A DNA stretch of 64,000 nt from assembly GCA_026770705.1 (NCBI GenBank), contig JANJGN010000039.1, positions 6,448,001 through 6,512,000 of the forward strand, in the 5' to 3' direction. The translations under genes were made by a program, and so were the position numbers. The DNA comes from Isurus oxyrinchus (Eukaryota). Every line of letters starts with the position of its first letter. Position 1 is the stretch's first letter. Below the pieces are notes generated by a model. That model was not told the DNA's origin. It made no database searches and worked only from the letters and a program-made list of their open reading frames with translations. Shown here piece by piece: positions 25,211 through 38,009 of the stretch.

Positions 25211-26734
25211 CCAATTTACTTTAAAATTGACTGGGTTTTAAGCCAAATGCAGAAATATCTATGGGAATTAAAGGAGAGCTGATGAATTTTCAAATACTTT
25301 GATCTATACTATATCAGATTAAGTCATTGAAACTGTGCAGCAAAACAATACATTCCCTTCATTTCACTATGACCAGGAATTAAATCTATGACCTCGGTAT
25401 GACTTGTTTTGGGTAAGCCGATGTTGACAGTGCATATTCACATTATTATGGAAACACCGGGGCATTTTGAATGAATTCCACCAAAAAGGGAAATATCTAT
25501 AATGGAAGGACTATTGGTTTAACGGACAGGCTGATTTTGTTACTGAAGACCAATAATAAGGCTGTTCAAAAATGGAGTTCCCAGAACAGAGCCGCTGAAT
25601 CCCCAAATATTATCATCCATTGGGTTATCATTCACCAGAAACTGAACTGGGCTAGCTATCTCAATACAGTGCTTACATGAGCAGGTCAGAGGTTGTGGAC
25701 TCTGCGGTGATTAACTCAACTCCTGGCTCCTCGAAACATATTGTCAATCTACAAAGGATGTAGATGCGGACAGCGGATACTAGGGAAAACCTCGGGTTTA
25801 TCTGCAGAATTCCAAAAGACATTCGTTAAGGTGACACATAACATGTTGCTGCCCCAAAAAAAAGTTCATGGCGTTGAGAGTGATATAACTTAAATCCTAA
25901 CAGCCCAAATCCTGTCCACCATCTACAAAGCAAAGGATGTTTCAGCCGTGCTGAGAACCATTGAGCTGTATTAAAAGATTCTTAAGCTTGCAAACGGTTT
26001 TAAAATAAAACATCAAACAAGAGTTTAGCTGAAATAGTGAACCGGGGTCGTTGAGGTATGGGCGAGGGCGTGGGGGGTGGGTGTGGGGTGGGGGTGCGGG
26101 GGGTGTGGGGGGATGAATGTTCCAGAAAGTGCAGGGAAGGCACCATGGAAAAGAAAATAATATACGGGGAGAAAAGTCCACAGTGTCTGAAGAAAAGCAG
26201 GTGGGCTGTTTTTCGACATCAAACCATGAAACAAATGAAGATAATCAAGATTCAAAAACACAAGTTGCAGCTTCCATTCATTCTGACCTGACAGGCTGAG
26301 ATGTGAAGATCTGTCAAGCCTCAAGCTTACCCGAATTCAAAAGATCAGATTCTTGAGGCAGGAGCGGAGGGTAAGCGAGTAACACTTTTATTGTAAAATG
26401 GAAGAGAGAAACGTTTTCTTTCGAGAAGAAAGCGGGATATTGTAAGATGTTGTATGGTCCAGTAACCCATTGTAATGTAAAGTTGTTCGGCAGAGCAAGG
26501 GTTAACAGGTGACTGTAGAGCAGAAACATCCGCTGTATGATATATGGAGCCACGTTGCATTATGCTCAGAGAGAACATTCTGGAAATAATTCATGACAGG
26601 TGGTGGCTTTTGGTGACATTGAAGCACTGAAGCTCCAAAAATGCAGTTAAGCCTCTTTATTGACACTATGGAAATGCAGTGATGCCTATCTGCAGGCGCC
26701 CACGACCCTGCAAAGGGCTCTCTGTACCTTCCTT

Positions 26735-29035
26735 CTGACAGTGCAGCACTCCATCAGCGATGACAACTGAGAGTGCAGCAGTCCCTCTGCGCCAAGCCTC
26801 TGAAGGCCCTTCAGTCCTCAGTTCTGGCATTCCGAGAGTGAAGCGTTCCCTCAGTACTAACATTGTGACACTGCAGTGATTCTTCAGTGCACACCCTCCA
26901 GCAGTGCAGCACTCCCTGAGTACTGAACCTCCGACAGTGTGAAGCTCCCTCAGTGCTCATGTACCAACAGTGCGGCTCTCCCTCAGATTTGAACTTCCAA
27001 CTGTGCAGCCCTCCCTAAAAATTGATCCTCCAACAATGTGGCATTTCCTCAGTATTAATTGTCAAAACAGTGTAGTTTTCCATCAGTAGTGAGCCTCAGA
27101 AATGTGGCACACTCGCTTTACTGACCATTCGACAGTTTAAGAATTCCTCAGTTGTGGTCCTTCGACAGTGCATACAGTCCCACTGAACTGACCATCCAAC
27201 AGGGCGACATTCCCTTAGCCATCACCATATGACAGTGCAAAGCTCACGCACTAATGACCCACCGAGAGTGCAGCACTCCCTCAGCACCAACCCTGCGAAA
27301 GTGAAATGATACCTCAGTACTCGCCCTCCAGCAGTGCACCAGTCAATGATAACTGATCCTCTGTCAGTGCGGCAATCCCGCATTACTGGCCCTGCGACAG
27401 TGTAGCGATCCCTGAATGCTGATTCTCTGACAGTACAGCAGTCTCTCAGTGCTGACCCTGTGACAGTTCGGTAATCCTGAATTACTGGTCTTCCAACAGT
27501 AAGGTTCACTCTCAAAAATGAGCCTCAAATAATATGGCCCCCAAATTAGCACTGATCCTCCTGACATTCCAGTACTCATTCAGCACTGACCCTGAGAAAT
27601 GAGGCACAACCCCATTACTGTCCATCCAGTAGTGCAGCAATCCTTCAGTCATGGAACTTCGACAGTGCAAAACCTGGCCCTGCACTGACCCTGCAACAAT
27701 TCGCCCCTCCCTCAGTCCTGTCCACTCGACAGTGCAACGCTCGCTCATTATTGATCCACCTAGAGGACAGCACTTCCTCAGCCAGTGAGACTCTCCGTTA
27801 TTATTGACGTCCTGACAGTGTGGCATCACCTCAGTACTGACCCTCGGAATGCAGCAATCACTCATCACCTATTCGCCAACAGTGAAGCACTCCCTGCGTA
27901 CAGAGCATCGAAAAGCGCGGCACTCTTTCTGTACTGACACTCTAGCAGTGCTTCAAACTCTCAGTACTGGCCCTCTCGCAATGCAGCACTCCCTCAGTAT
28001 TGGCTTTCTGAGCTTGCAACCCTCCCACACTACAGGCCCTGCGACAGTGCAGCATCCTTCCAGCACTGCAACTCGAAAGAGCAGTACACTCTCAGCACTG
28101 ATAATGCAAAAATGCAGCACTACGTCTGTAAAGATACTCCAACATTCAAAAACTGCCTCAGCACTTACCTTGCAGCAGTGCATCACTCCATCGGCACAGA
28201 CACTCCGTCATTGCATCAATCCTCAATACTGACTCCCTGAGAGTTCCGTAGTCCCTCAGTACTGACTCTCCAACAGTGCAGCGATCCCTCAGTGCTAACC
28301 CTGTGAAATTCCAGCGCTCCCTCAGTACTGACCCTCTGAAAGTAGAGAACTCACTCACTGCTCACAATCTGAGAGCGAAAATCTCCCTCAATTCTGACTC
28401 TCTGACAGTTCAGTGCTCCCTCATTACTGGCCACCAGACAGTGCAGCAGTCCCTCATTGCACACCCACTGAAAGTGCAGACTCCCTCAGCCCTGAAGATC
28501 TGACAGTGCAGCACCCCCTCAGCATTTGCCCTCCTAACAGTGCAGCAAATGCTCAGTTTTGACTCACTGACAGTGTATCTCTCCCTCAGTACTATCCATC
28601 TGACTTTGCAAGACTCCTACAGCACTGACCCTCTGACAGTGCAGCGCTCCCTCATCACTGACCGCCTGACAGTGCGGCGTTCCCTCAGTACTGACCATCT
28701 GAAAGTGCAGCAATCCCTCAGCACTGACCGTTTGTCAGTGCACCACTCCCTCAGTGTTGACCTTCGCACAGGACAGCACTCTCAGCACTGCCCATTTAGT
28801 GGTGTGTCACTATCTCAATACTGAGGTTCCAACTCTGCAGCACACCCCCACTATTGACTCTCTTGCTGTGTAACACTTCCTCACTACCGACACTCTTGCA
28901 GTGAAGGGATACCGACCCTCTGGCAGTGAAGGGATCCTTCTTTTAATGACCCTCAGACAGGGCAGCACTCCCACAGTACTGACAGTCTGGCATTCGGAAA
29001 ATGCTGCAATAAAGGCCCTCAGGCAGTGCAGCATA
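26735..29035. repeat. 33-bp minisatellite (~70 degenerate units), unit similar to part of the SINE Deu domain
   Basis: Consensus GACAGTGCAGCACTCCCTCAGTACTGACCCTCT. Units start at 28635, 28668, 28701 and 28734 (period 33). Confidence 0.95.
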
Positions 29036-29599
29036 CTCTCATTCATGCTTTTGTGAATGTCGACTGATGATATGTCCTCAGCTTTCTGCAGCTGAATGAA
29101 TCCATGAATTTGTCTTTCAGAGGTGAGAGAACAAACACACACGGGGAGATCTTGAATATTTTATGTGAAGTGTTTGAGTTTGGTAATATCACAGGCACTT
29201 TGCTAACTACAAATGGCCCATTTGCCCATTGCTGCAGGAATGTCTATTTTATTAATCCCGTTCCCCCAGCCTTCCCTGCTGCTCTGCCAGCGGTTTTCCG
29301 TGAACACATTTTTCCAATTTTTCCTTTGAATCATCATACACATTCACTTTCCCGTTGGGCAGTAGTTTAGTAATTTGTTTATATAATTAGCAAGCAGCCG
29401 ACAACCTACTTAATAGTGTAATGAACACTCAATTCTTGGCCATTAAAACCAATAGTGAACGTTATCTCGGAACACCCTGTCTCAGAGGAAGATAGTCAAA
29501 TGACTGAGGGACAAGACCTCCATCCTAGTCCCTTCTAAAACGCATCTTATTACCTCACCCGCTTGGCCGTAACCATATTCAGGAGTTGAATCCCAAAAC

Positions 29600-30470
29600 A
29601 TTTTCAAATGGTAAAGTTTTAGCAAATGAATAGAGCTAGGTTTGACAAAGCTTTCGTAGTTCCTTGAGGATGTTAGATGATGGGAAATAACAGGAGGCCA
29701 GTTGATTTAGTGTATTTCCATTTCCAAAAAAAAACATTTTATAATTTGACGTCAAAGCTCACTGCAAAATCTGAGAGCTTAGGGTGTTGGCGGTTATATA
29801 GTAGCATTGGCAGTTGGCAGGCTACCTGTAAACAGGTCCTGATACGTGGGTCACCATCAGTTTGGAAAACAGTACTCATGGACTGTCAAAGGCTTCAGTT
29901 ACAATTTTCCACATGAATGTTGTCGGCAGAATGCTGATGTTCTGTGATTCCACCGCGGCTAATGCAGAAACCAAAGCTGAATAAATGGCGTCGATGAAAG
30001 GGCTAACGCAATTCCTGCCGATTTGTTTGACATTGTCTGTGATGTGAGGTCACGTTGTGAGGTTAACAGAAAGAGTCCGCAAACGGCTAGGGAGTGATTA
30101 AGTGAGTAATCAGAAATTTGACAGATGGAGTAAAATGTGAAGCTGTGACTTCGGCAGTAAGAATAGATGAGCAGAATATCATTTAAATAGAGAGATACTA
30201 CAGAAAGTTGCACTGTAGGGGGACTTAGGACGCATATAAATGAATCATAACAATGAGTTTGCAGGCACGATATGTCATCGGGAATGTTGAGCATTATCTC
30301 ATGTGTTTGGAGTGTAGATATTCGGGAAGTCTCCCTGTAAACATAGAGAACAACTTTGGGACCATGCCAAGATTATTGTGTTCTGATCTGGGCACGTAAA
30401 TGTACAAGAGACATGATGACATTAGAATGAGTTCAGAGGAACTTCACTGGGCTGAATGCTGGCATGAAGG
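29600..30470 (+). mobile_element. Heavily decayed CR1 LINE RT fragment
   Basis: PVDLVYFHFQK (VD.VY.DFQKAF-like) and GAATATCATTTAAATAGAGAGATACTACAG (Y.LNG..LQ) segments. Confidence 0.6.
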
Positions 30471-31030
30471 TTTATATTCGTTCTCCTTTCTGAGACTGTG
30501 CCCAGTAGGAGGGTCATAACTGAGCGAGCACCGCGCTGTCAGAGGTCACAGCCTTATTGGAGAAGCAGCTCTGATGGAGAGTTACACTGTCATAGGATCA
30601 ATAGTGTGTGACACACTTTCAGGGTTTAAACGCTGCTGGAGTGCTGCACTGCCTGAGGGCCATTGGCGTGTCAATATGGAGAGTGCACTGATGTCTTTGG
30701 AGTTAGGCTCAAACGCATGCCCAGTTCACCCTGAGAAACCTACTCTCCCAAATGTCTCTCGTAAATTTAGGTGGCAGGAACTGAACATAGTAATCTTGGC
30801 ATTGTCTCATCAACATTCCCTATGGTTAGAGCGAGACTCTCCGAATGTCTACAGTCCAAACACATGAGATAATGTTCAACATTCCAGATGACATATCGTG
30901 CCTGCAAGCTGATTGTTATGTTTCATGTATATGTTTCCTTAGTCCCCCTACACTGCAACATTCAGTAGCATCTCTCCATTTAAATGATATTCTGCTTATC
31001 TATTCTTACTTCCCAAGGCCACTTCGGCTT
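30140..31030. repeat. Inverted duplication: arms ~30140-30440 and ~30725-31030, spacer containing inverted 33-bp satellite units
   Basis: Spurious ORFs 29959-30294(-) and 30845-31072(+) give near-identical peptides (NIPDDISCLQ..LSPPT..LNDILLIYSY). Spacer AGGGTCATAACTGAGCGAGCACCGCGCTGTC is the reverse complement of the satellite unit. Confidence 0.9.
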
Positions 31031-31119
31031 CAGCCAATTTTGAGTGCGCCAGCTCTGATTATAAGTGGATAGAGCATCCTGGCTGTGGGGACAGATAATA
31101 CCTAACTAATCTGTTTTAA

Positions 31120-31200
31120 GCTCTCTCTCTCTGTCTCTCTTTCTCTCTCTATCTGTCTGCCTCTCTCTCTCTCTCTCTCTTTCTCTCACTCGCTCTCTCA
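31120..31200. repeat. (CT)n microsatellite
   Basis: Imperfect CT run visible directly. Confidence 0.9.
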
Positions 31201-31379
31201 CTGACCTTTTCCTTTTTGATTCCGGCTGGTTTCTGCTGCCGTGAGAATGGGTTTGGAAGGTTAATTTTGTGTACAGGGAGAGAAGAATGAAATGTTTTTT
31301 GCACTCCAGCAAGTCCATGCTTCAGTCCAAATTTCGGATCTCCGACCTTGTCAAAGTGCATGAACTGTCTGAGGAGACT

Positions 31380-32270
31380 GGGCTGTAGTGAGAGAAGAAA
31401 ATGGGATCGAATAACTGAGGAAAGGTGAATGTAGCAGCTGAGGGAGTTGTAGTGTAGTTACTGAAGAGAGTGTGATGTAATGACTGAGAGAAGCATGCTT
31501 TGGGAGCAGGATGAAATCACTGAGGGAAGTTGGGTTTAGTGACTGAGGGAAGATTCCTGTCGTGACTTATGGAGTAGGATGTAATGACAGGGAGAAGTTG
31601 AATTTTGTGACTTTGGGATTATGATGTAGTGACTTAGGGAAGTAGGATTTAGTAACTGAGGGGTTTGGATGTAGTGACTGAGGGTTGTGTGATGTCATGA
31701 CTGAGGGAAGCATAATGTAGCGACTTAGGCAGCAGGATGTAGTCACTGAGGGAAGTGGGATTTAGTGACTGATGGAATAAGATGTAGTGATTGAGTGAAG
31801 TGGAATTTAGCGAGTTAGGGAAACATTCTGTAGTGACTTAGGGAGTATAATGTAATGGCAGGGTTGAGTGTTATTTAGTGACTGAGGGATTAGGATGTAG
31901 TGACTGAGGGAGGTGGGATTTAGTGATTGAGGCATTAGGTTTTAGTGACTCGGAGAAGTGGGATTTAGTTAGCGTGGGAAGCATGCTGCAGTGAATTAGG
32001 AAGTAGGATACAGTGACTGACAGAAGTGCAATGTAGTTACTGAGGGGCGTGGGCTGTAGTTACTGATGGGAGTCGGATATATTGTAAACAAAAACATGAG
32101 ATGTAGTTACTGGAGAGAGTGGAATTTGGCAAATGAGAGGAAGGCAATATATTGACTGAGGGGAGTTGGATGTAGAGACGAGGGAGAAGAATGTCATGAA
32201 TAAGGGAAGGGTAATATATTGACTGAGGAGAGTCGGATGTCGTGATTGAGGAGGGAGGAATGTAACATCT
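31380..32270. repeat. 22-23-bp purine-rich minisatellite (~38 degenerate units)
   Basis: Consensus TGTAGTGACTGAGGGAAGTGGGA, e.g. consecutive units through 31669-31960. Confidence 0.92.
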
Positions 32271-32954
32271 CAGGAAGTCCCAAATGCAGCGACTGTGGGA
32301 TTCCGTGGTGAAAAGGTGTGTGATTCAATGACAGAGGCGTGTCCGAGGCAGCGACTGGAAGACATGGGATGTCGTGCCCGAGGGCAGTCGGACATACTGT
32401 CTGATCTGTAGAGCTCCGAGCCTGTCTCCATTAGGGAAATATCCCGATTGATATTCTGCAAGACATTAAGTGGAAGGCCTCACACTACTGCATCTTGTGT
32501 TCCAGTGAATTTTAGTTACCAGTCACTTCATTTGTCTATAGGAGTTTTTTTTTCAGAAATTCTACCCCCATCTAATAAACTTCCTGTCCTTCCTAACTTC
32601 CTGTCAGCTGAAAATGTGAGCTTATGTCCCTCTGTTCCTTTTTACAAGTCATTACTAGACGACAAGAAAATGTAGTTCTGATCAGTAAATGAACTAATTT
32701 CCCTCAATGTGCCCAAATCTTCAGAATATTTGATTGCACAAATATTAGCAGGTTTCCGCATTGAACTCTTCGAAACCAAGACAGCAATACCACGAATTCT
32801 GACTTGTGACCTGCAGAACAAGGCGGCTGTGATTCCCTGTGCTGGAGTGTGAGGTACCTTGGCTGTGAATTTATTGACACGAGCACAGATATGTTGGTGC
32901 CAATTTCGTTTCTTCCAACTGTTTGTTCACTAGACTGACACTAACACCCAGCCT

Positions 32955-32992
32955 TACCCAATTGTCTGGGGGTTTGCCATGGGTATAAGTAA
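32955..32992 (+). promoter_or_regulatory. Candidate core promoter of the intact GPCR gene (CCAAT + TATA-like box)
   Basis: CCAAT at ~32958 and TATAAGTA at 32984, ~69 nt upstream of the ATG at 33053 (context GAAAATGG). Position-based inference only. Confidence 0.45.
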
Positions 32993-33052
32993 GGATCAGA
33001 TTTCAAAGGATCGCAATTGTGAATCAGCAGGGAGCACACTCGCACACCGAAA

Positions 33053-33122
33053 ATGGAACAAGCCCCAATTCAGCAGATCGGGAAAATTTACTACTGTATA
33101 CTCGCAGCGCTAGGAATACCCG
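33053..33122 (+). CDS. GPR139-like: GPR139/GPR142-like class A GPCR (paralogue 2, intact), coding exon 1
   Basis: MEQAPIQQIGKIYYCILAALGIP + G|GTAAGA consensus donor at 33123 (phase 1). Resembles TM1 of GPR139 (VYYSLLLCLGLP). Confidence 0.85.
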
Positions 33123-33574
33123 GTAAGATATTGATTTGGATTAAATCAGTTATAGCTCCAGCTCAGGACGTCTGTTATGCTGTTCTCTCATTACTGCAAA
33201 TTAATCTAAGCCCCCAGATGAGATTAGGGAAAGAAATGGTGTCTAGTTCACAGTGCTGTGAACAAATGCTCGCCTAAAACACTGTTGCTAATGTTCTCAG
33301 TGGCTAAAAATCTCTTTACACCTTTCAGCTCTGTTTAATGTAGCATCTTACCTTTCAAGTTTTAATCGACCTGCTCAAATATCGCGACTGCCTCGCTCTC
33401 TCAATATGATCTAGTTTGATAACTTTCTTAGCACCCTGTGTTCCTCAGATTCTTATCCCTGCTAATTCCTGGCTGCCTTCATCCCACCATTTGCAGCCCT
33501 ATATTCAGTTTCAATGTGTAAAGCCAGGAGTTTCTTGGCTGATGATTGTCTAATTCCGACTGCAATTAGTGACC

Positions 33575-33722
33575 NNNNNNNNNNNNNNNNNNNNNNNNNN
33601 NNNNNNNNNNNNNNNNNNNNNNNNNNNNNNNNNNNNNNNNNNNNNNNNNNNNNNNNNNNNNNNNNNNNNNNNNNNNNNNNNNNNNNNNNNNNNNNNNNNN
33701 NNNNNNNNNNNNNNNNNNNNNN
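33575..33722. other. Assembly gap (N run) inside the GPCR intron
   Basis: 148 consecutive N. Confidence 1.
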
Positions 33723-33723
33723 T

Positions 33724-33881
33724 CCCACATCACTCCCACACCCACAAACACACACAGAAACACAAACACACACACACACACATACACACACACACACACA
33801 CACAAGTCCACATAGAGCCTCGCACACTACCACCCACCCACCCACACACACAAACACGCACATAGAAACACAAACAGACAT

Positions 33882-33914
<33 letters not shown>

Positions 33915-34050
33915 CACAGACTCACAGACCCACAGAGAGCCCCCCCGCTCCCCCCCCCAACACACACACACACGCACAAACACTCACACACACAATCGCA
34001 GACCCACAGAGGGCACCCGCGACACACACCCACAAACGCTCACACACACA
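33724..34050. repeat. Compound (CA)n microsatellite
   Basis: Imperfect CA run adjoining the gap. Confidence 0.95.
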
Positions 34051-35569
34051 GATCCATTAAACATAGTCCATGTTGGCTTTATTTCCAACATGCTCTGTAT
34101 CTGCAGAATAATAACACACTGCTCAGTCTAAAATAAACTTGCTTAATGAATTGCAGCTGATAAAATAAACACTGCGTGCAGTATTATTTATTCTGTGTTC
34201 GCTGTATTAGCCTGCTGAAAGATATACTGCCACATTGGAATTTCAATGAGACTCTTACTCACCCTGACTAAAGCGACCGTCAATACGAAATGTGCAGTCA
34301 ACAGTGCTCAAATTAATTTGCTGTTGCAGGGCACCGTTAAGAAGTGGATTATATTCATGTGTCGACCAGCTAGCACTCTCTTCACATGCAGTATAAATTG
34401 TCGCTTTTCCTGGTATATTGCTATTCCAGGGAAGTGTCCTGATGAGTACAAGACAATAATCTTCGACATGTTTATTATTCAGTAACAGTCAAATGGATAA
34501 TAATTGCTGCTGTATAAACTGTCAATATATTACCTTTCCTGTAGTGCTTTCAGCATTGAACATGTTTGCTGTAGCGTGCTGTTATCGGTAGAATGGTTGC
34601 TTTGGTTTTCTGTTGAAATAGACTGCTCGCTCTCCGTTGCTTGACTCATTTCCTTAGGTTAATTTCCTTATGAAACGGCTATTTTTGCATGTTATTAAAT
34701 AATGTATTGACTGTAGTATCCTTTCAAATATACAGTGCTTGCTGTTTGCTCCTCAAATGTTCCCGTTTCACTGCTTACTGTGAAAATGGAATTTTCTTTA
34801 AGATATTCCATTATCTATCAAAGCAAATTATTTGCTTTTAAATTTAATTATCAATCCCACTGTCCCTACAACTAATGAGCTGAACGGGTTGGTGCCTTTA
34901 GGATCTCTGTGTCCTTTATTTAACACCAGATTTCGGTATGTGTTCTGTTTGTGTTTAATGTATATGCTATTTCTTTGTAAATGGGCAATTTAGTTAAGAA
35001 GGAATGGAGGGATGAACCTGCCAGTGGGATGTGCTAACCCCTGGATGCATTGCCCTCTGGTGCTGAATAAGCACATGTTGGACTTCAGAAGCAGAAGGCT
35101 GTATTTGCATTTTCAATTGGTACGGATTGTGAAAGCACTTCAGATTCGAATGGATATTAAACATTCCATTGTCAATATTAAGACAAACGAGCATTGAACA
35201 GTTCATCAATGCAACCAGGGCGACTTCGGTGCCTCTACGCCACTGGGAGTGCAGAGAGCGGCAGTTGGAGGACATTCAACCCCTAAAACCTGTTCCCACA
35301 ATCATTTGTATCAGGATGAATCTCACCCCATAGTTTTCAAAACCCATGATCTCACAATGCAAGTAGCAATGTCTCTGCAAATTTCGAATTGTGCCTTAGC
35401 ATCGATTTCAAAGGTCGAGATGACTTTGTAAATGTACCCCAAACTTCACAAGAAAGGAAATGCCTTCTGATTTACACTCCTGAGCGTATCTGCTTTAAAT
35501 TAGTATTACAGCCACATGTCCTTACCAGGCTATCAGGTTTGGTTAGGTTGGTTCTGGGATCACAATTGT

Positions 35570-35812
35570 CCTCGGCAACCACGGGACTCCTCTTCAAAAC
35601 ACCATCAGGGGAATTTCTTTTCATCCATGTGAGCGATTTGATAGGGTGTTGGATTGAAGGCCTCGCCTAAAACGTGGTATGTCCGGCCATGCAGCGTGCC
35701 CTCAGTTCTGAAGCAGCAGAGAGGTGCATCAATAACTGGCCGAATCCTCTGAAGTGGGTTTAGAATCCAAAGCCTTGTGCCTCAAAGCAGTAATGCCTAT
35801 CCATTGAGCTCC
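35570..35812 (-). mobile_element. Decayed Deu-domain SINE (tRNA-like head + Deu domain)
   Basis: Plus strand CTCTTCAAAACACCATCAGGGGAATTTCTTTTCATCCATGTGAG..TCCGGCCATGCAGCGTGCCCTCAGTTCTG..GAAGTGGGTTTAGAATCC..CCATTGAGC follows the recalled antisense DeuSINE consensus. Confidence 0.55.
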
Positions 35813-35999
35813 GGAACATTGCTGGAATAGTGTGTTCAATGAAGGCCGGATCTGTGCAATTCCATGAATTGCTCTGACTGTTCTACAAGTTCACATTTTT
35901 CATGCATTCTGGGCTTAAGGTCAGATTCTCAGGGTCAATGCAGAGAGGTTCAAATGTGGCATCTCGAGTTTGATCATGTCTGGATTGCGCCAAGATTTT

Positions 36000-37340
36000 C
36001 ATTGGAGAAAGTGGAAATAGAAAAGTGGTCAGGGTAGCAGCGGGAATTGCAGGATGAAAGTAATCCAATTTCCTGGAATTGGGGAACAGCTCTAAGTGCT
36101 AGGCCCTAATTATAAAGGAAGGTATGTACCTCAAAAGTAACTTTAACTAATGTCATCGCAGAATGTTTAATAGTGTTGGCAGGGGAGGGCTTACATTAAA
36201 TTTGCATGGGGATGTCAATAAATACATGGAATTAAAAACGGTCATAATGTGTCGGGGTTGAGTAGTGATTGAGAAGGACGCAGCACCAGGTGAGTTATGG
36301 TTGCAGAAACAAGGGGCAGCATGACCAGGAGGGCTACAAAGACAGGGTCAGAATTTGTGCATGTATGAACACAGAATAAGGCTAATGCTGGCTCGCATGG
36401 CCTGCAAATAGCTGTGTGGATATGCTGTTCAATCAGTGATGGAACATTGGCAGAGACATGGTGAGGACTGGCTGCTTTAACACAATTGCTCAAAAATGGT
36501 GGGTAAGGTAAATTGGGTGAGGGGGCGTGGAACAGTACAGATTGAGAAACCCATTGCCGTGTTGGAAAGAGCAGATGTCCGTGAAAATGCGAGGAGGACA
36601 TGAATGATGGGGAGTGGAGTGTCGAGTGCGAGGCGTGGGGATTATTCTGTAGACCTCCCAGTAGTGACAGAGAGATATTGGAAAAAAAACGGCAGGGAAA
36701 GTACTTTGATTTATTTGTACTGTGATAGTGGTGATAGTTGTGGGTATTAAGTTCCGAGATTATGAGTTGGATAAGGCAAGGGATACTTAAACGGAGGGGA
36801 AAATATTTCTGAAATGTGTTGAGGAAAACAGCCATGATCAGTATGATACTGGACAGGGCTGGAATAACGTCAGGGCAAACTAGGCAGTTCCCACACTGGC
36901 AAAAAATTAAGGGCCTGTTGCAGCAAATATTTGAATGACATATTTAAAATAGCCCTTGGCGGTGGTCCTGAATGGTCGACATTTAATGTGGTACATGTAC
37001 CTATAGTACACACACGTTGATATCCATGCTCTTGTGATGTAGGTTTTACAAAATGCCATCGTTTTCATAGTATATAGGCGTAAGTAACAGATAGAAGGCT
37101 TAAGACGAGAATTGACGAGATCTTCTTTCGCCCAGAGAGTGGGGGATTCTGGAACCCCCTGCCTGAAAGGCTGAATGTGTCAGAAATTCTATTAACTTGT
37201 GAGGAATGGTTGGATATTTACATGCATTGCCAAAGTTTCCAGGGTTAACGGAGTAACTCTGGGAAATGAGATTCGTGCAGTAAAATCTTTGTTGATATGC
37301 GCAGGCATGATGGGCTGAAGTGCCTCCTTCTGTGCTGTAA
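36000..37340 (+). mobile_element. Decayed CR1 LINE fragments (ORF1/endonuclease region and 3' end)
   Basis: Endonuclease-like remnants (ATTGGCAGAGACATGG, TTCTGTAGACCTCCCAGTAGT, TTTCTGAAATGTGTTGAGGAAA). 3' UTR TGGGCTGAAGTGCCTCCTTCTGTGCTGTAA at ~37311-37340. Confidence 0.6.
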
Positions 37341-38009
37341 TCGTCCATGAGTCCACTCCTCATCCTGTTTAGGTACACATTTGCAAATCTATGCATCTCA
37401 ATGACCTTTTATCCAAACTGTGACACTTTAAATAACATGAAAGAATGTAAGCAAATCGAGCAGACTGCATGGTAATCACTATTGATTGTACAGATTACAC
37501 GTAAATTCATCTTGGATTGGTTACAGGAAGACATGATTTGAGCTATTTTCAACAGTGGAACGTTCATATCTTCAAGTCGATATACTAGAAACGTACTGGA
37601 CAGTGGGATTATAACTTCACCATAATTATATTTTGTACTTCCAACAAAATAATTCTGCAATTATCAATGTAGATCTTCTACCCATATTAATGTATGATAA
37701 TAATTTTCAAAATGTAATTGCTGTTCTTGGTTGGGCTTTGGATGCTGGTGCATGTGCAGGTAAGGCTCACTGTTTCGCATAGGGCGCCACGATTCATGCA
37801 CTGGTCTTTTCAGTTGCACTTATTATGCGAAGACTTACGTTTTTGAAATCAAACACCATGTTAATAATCCTTTATTTAAAGCGAGTGTGCTTAGAAATTA
37901 TCTACATAAGAAGACAATGACCTAACACCTCTGTCTCAGCAAGAAATTAAATTTGCAATGAATTTTGAAAATTCAGTGTTTAAGGCAATGTTCCAACCCA
38001 TTAACAAGC

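Noticed and set aside
26060-26112. G-rich tract with G-quadruplex potential
   Set aside because: Low-complexity sequence with no associated feature, common in vertebrate DNA.
26735-29035. CRISPR-like array or 11-aa repeat protein (STDPLTVQRSL)
   Set aside because: Units are head-to-tail with no unique spacers, carry frequent stops and indels, and sit in a vertebrate context with no cas genes. It is a minisatellite.
29120-29185. Exon-like AG..GT segment (a similar one lies at ~24790-24896)
   Set aside because: Splice-like signals alone are common. There is no homology and no partner exon.
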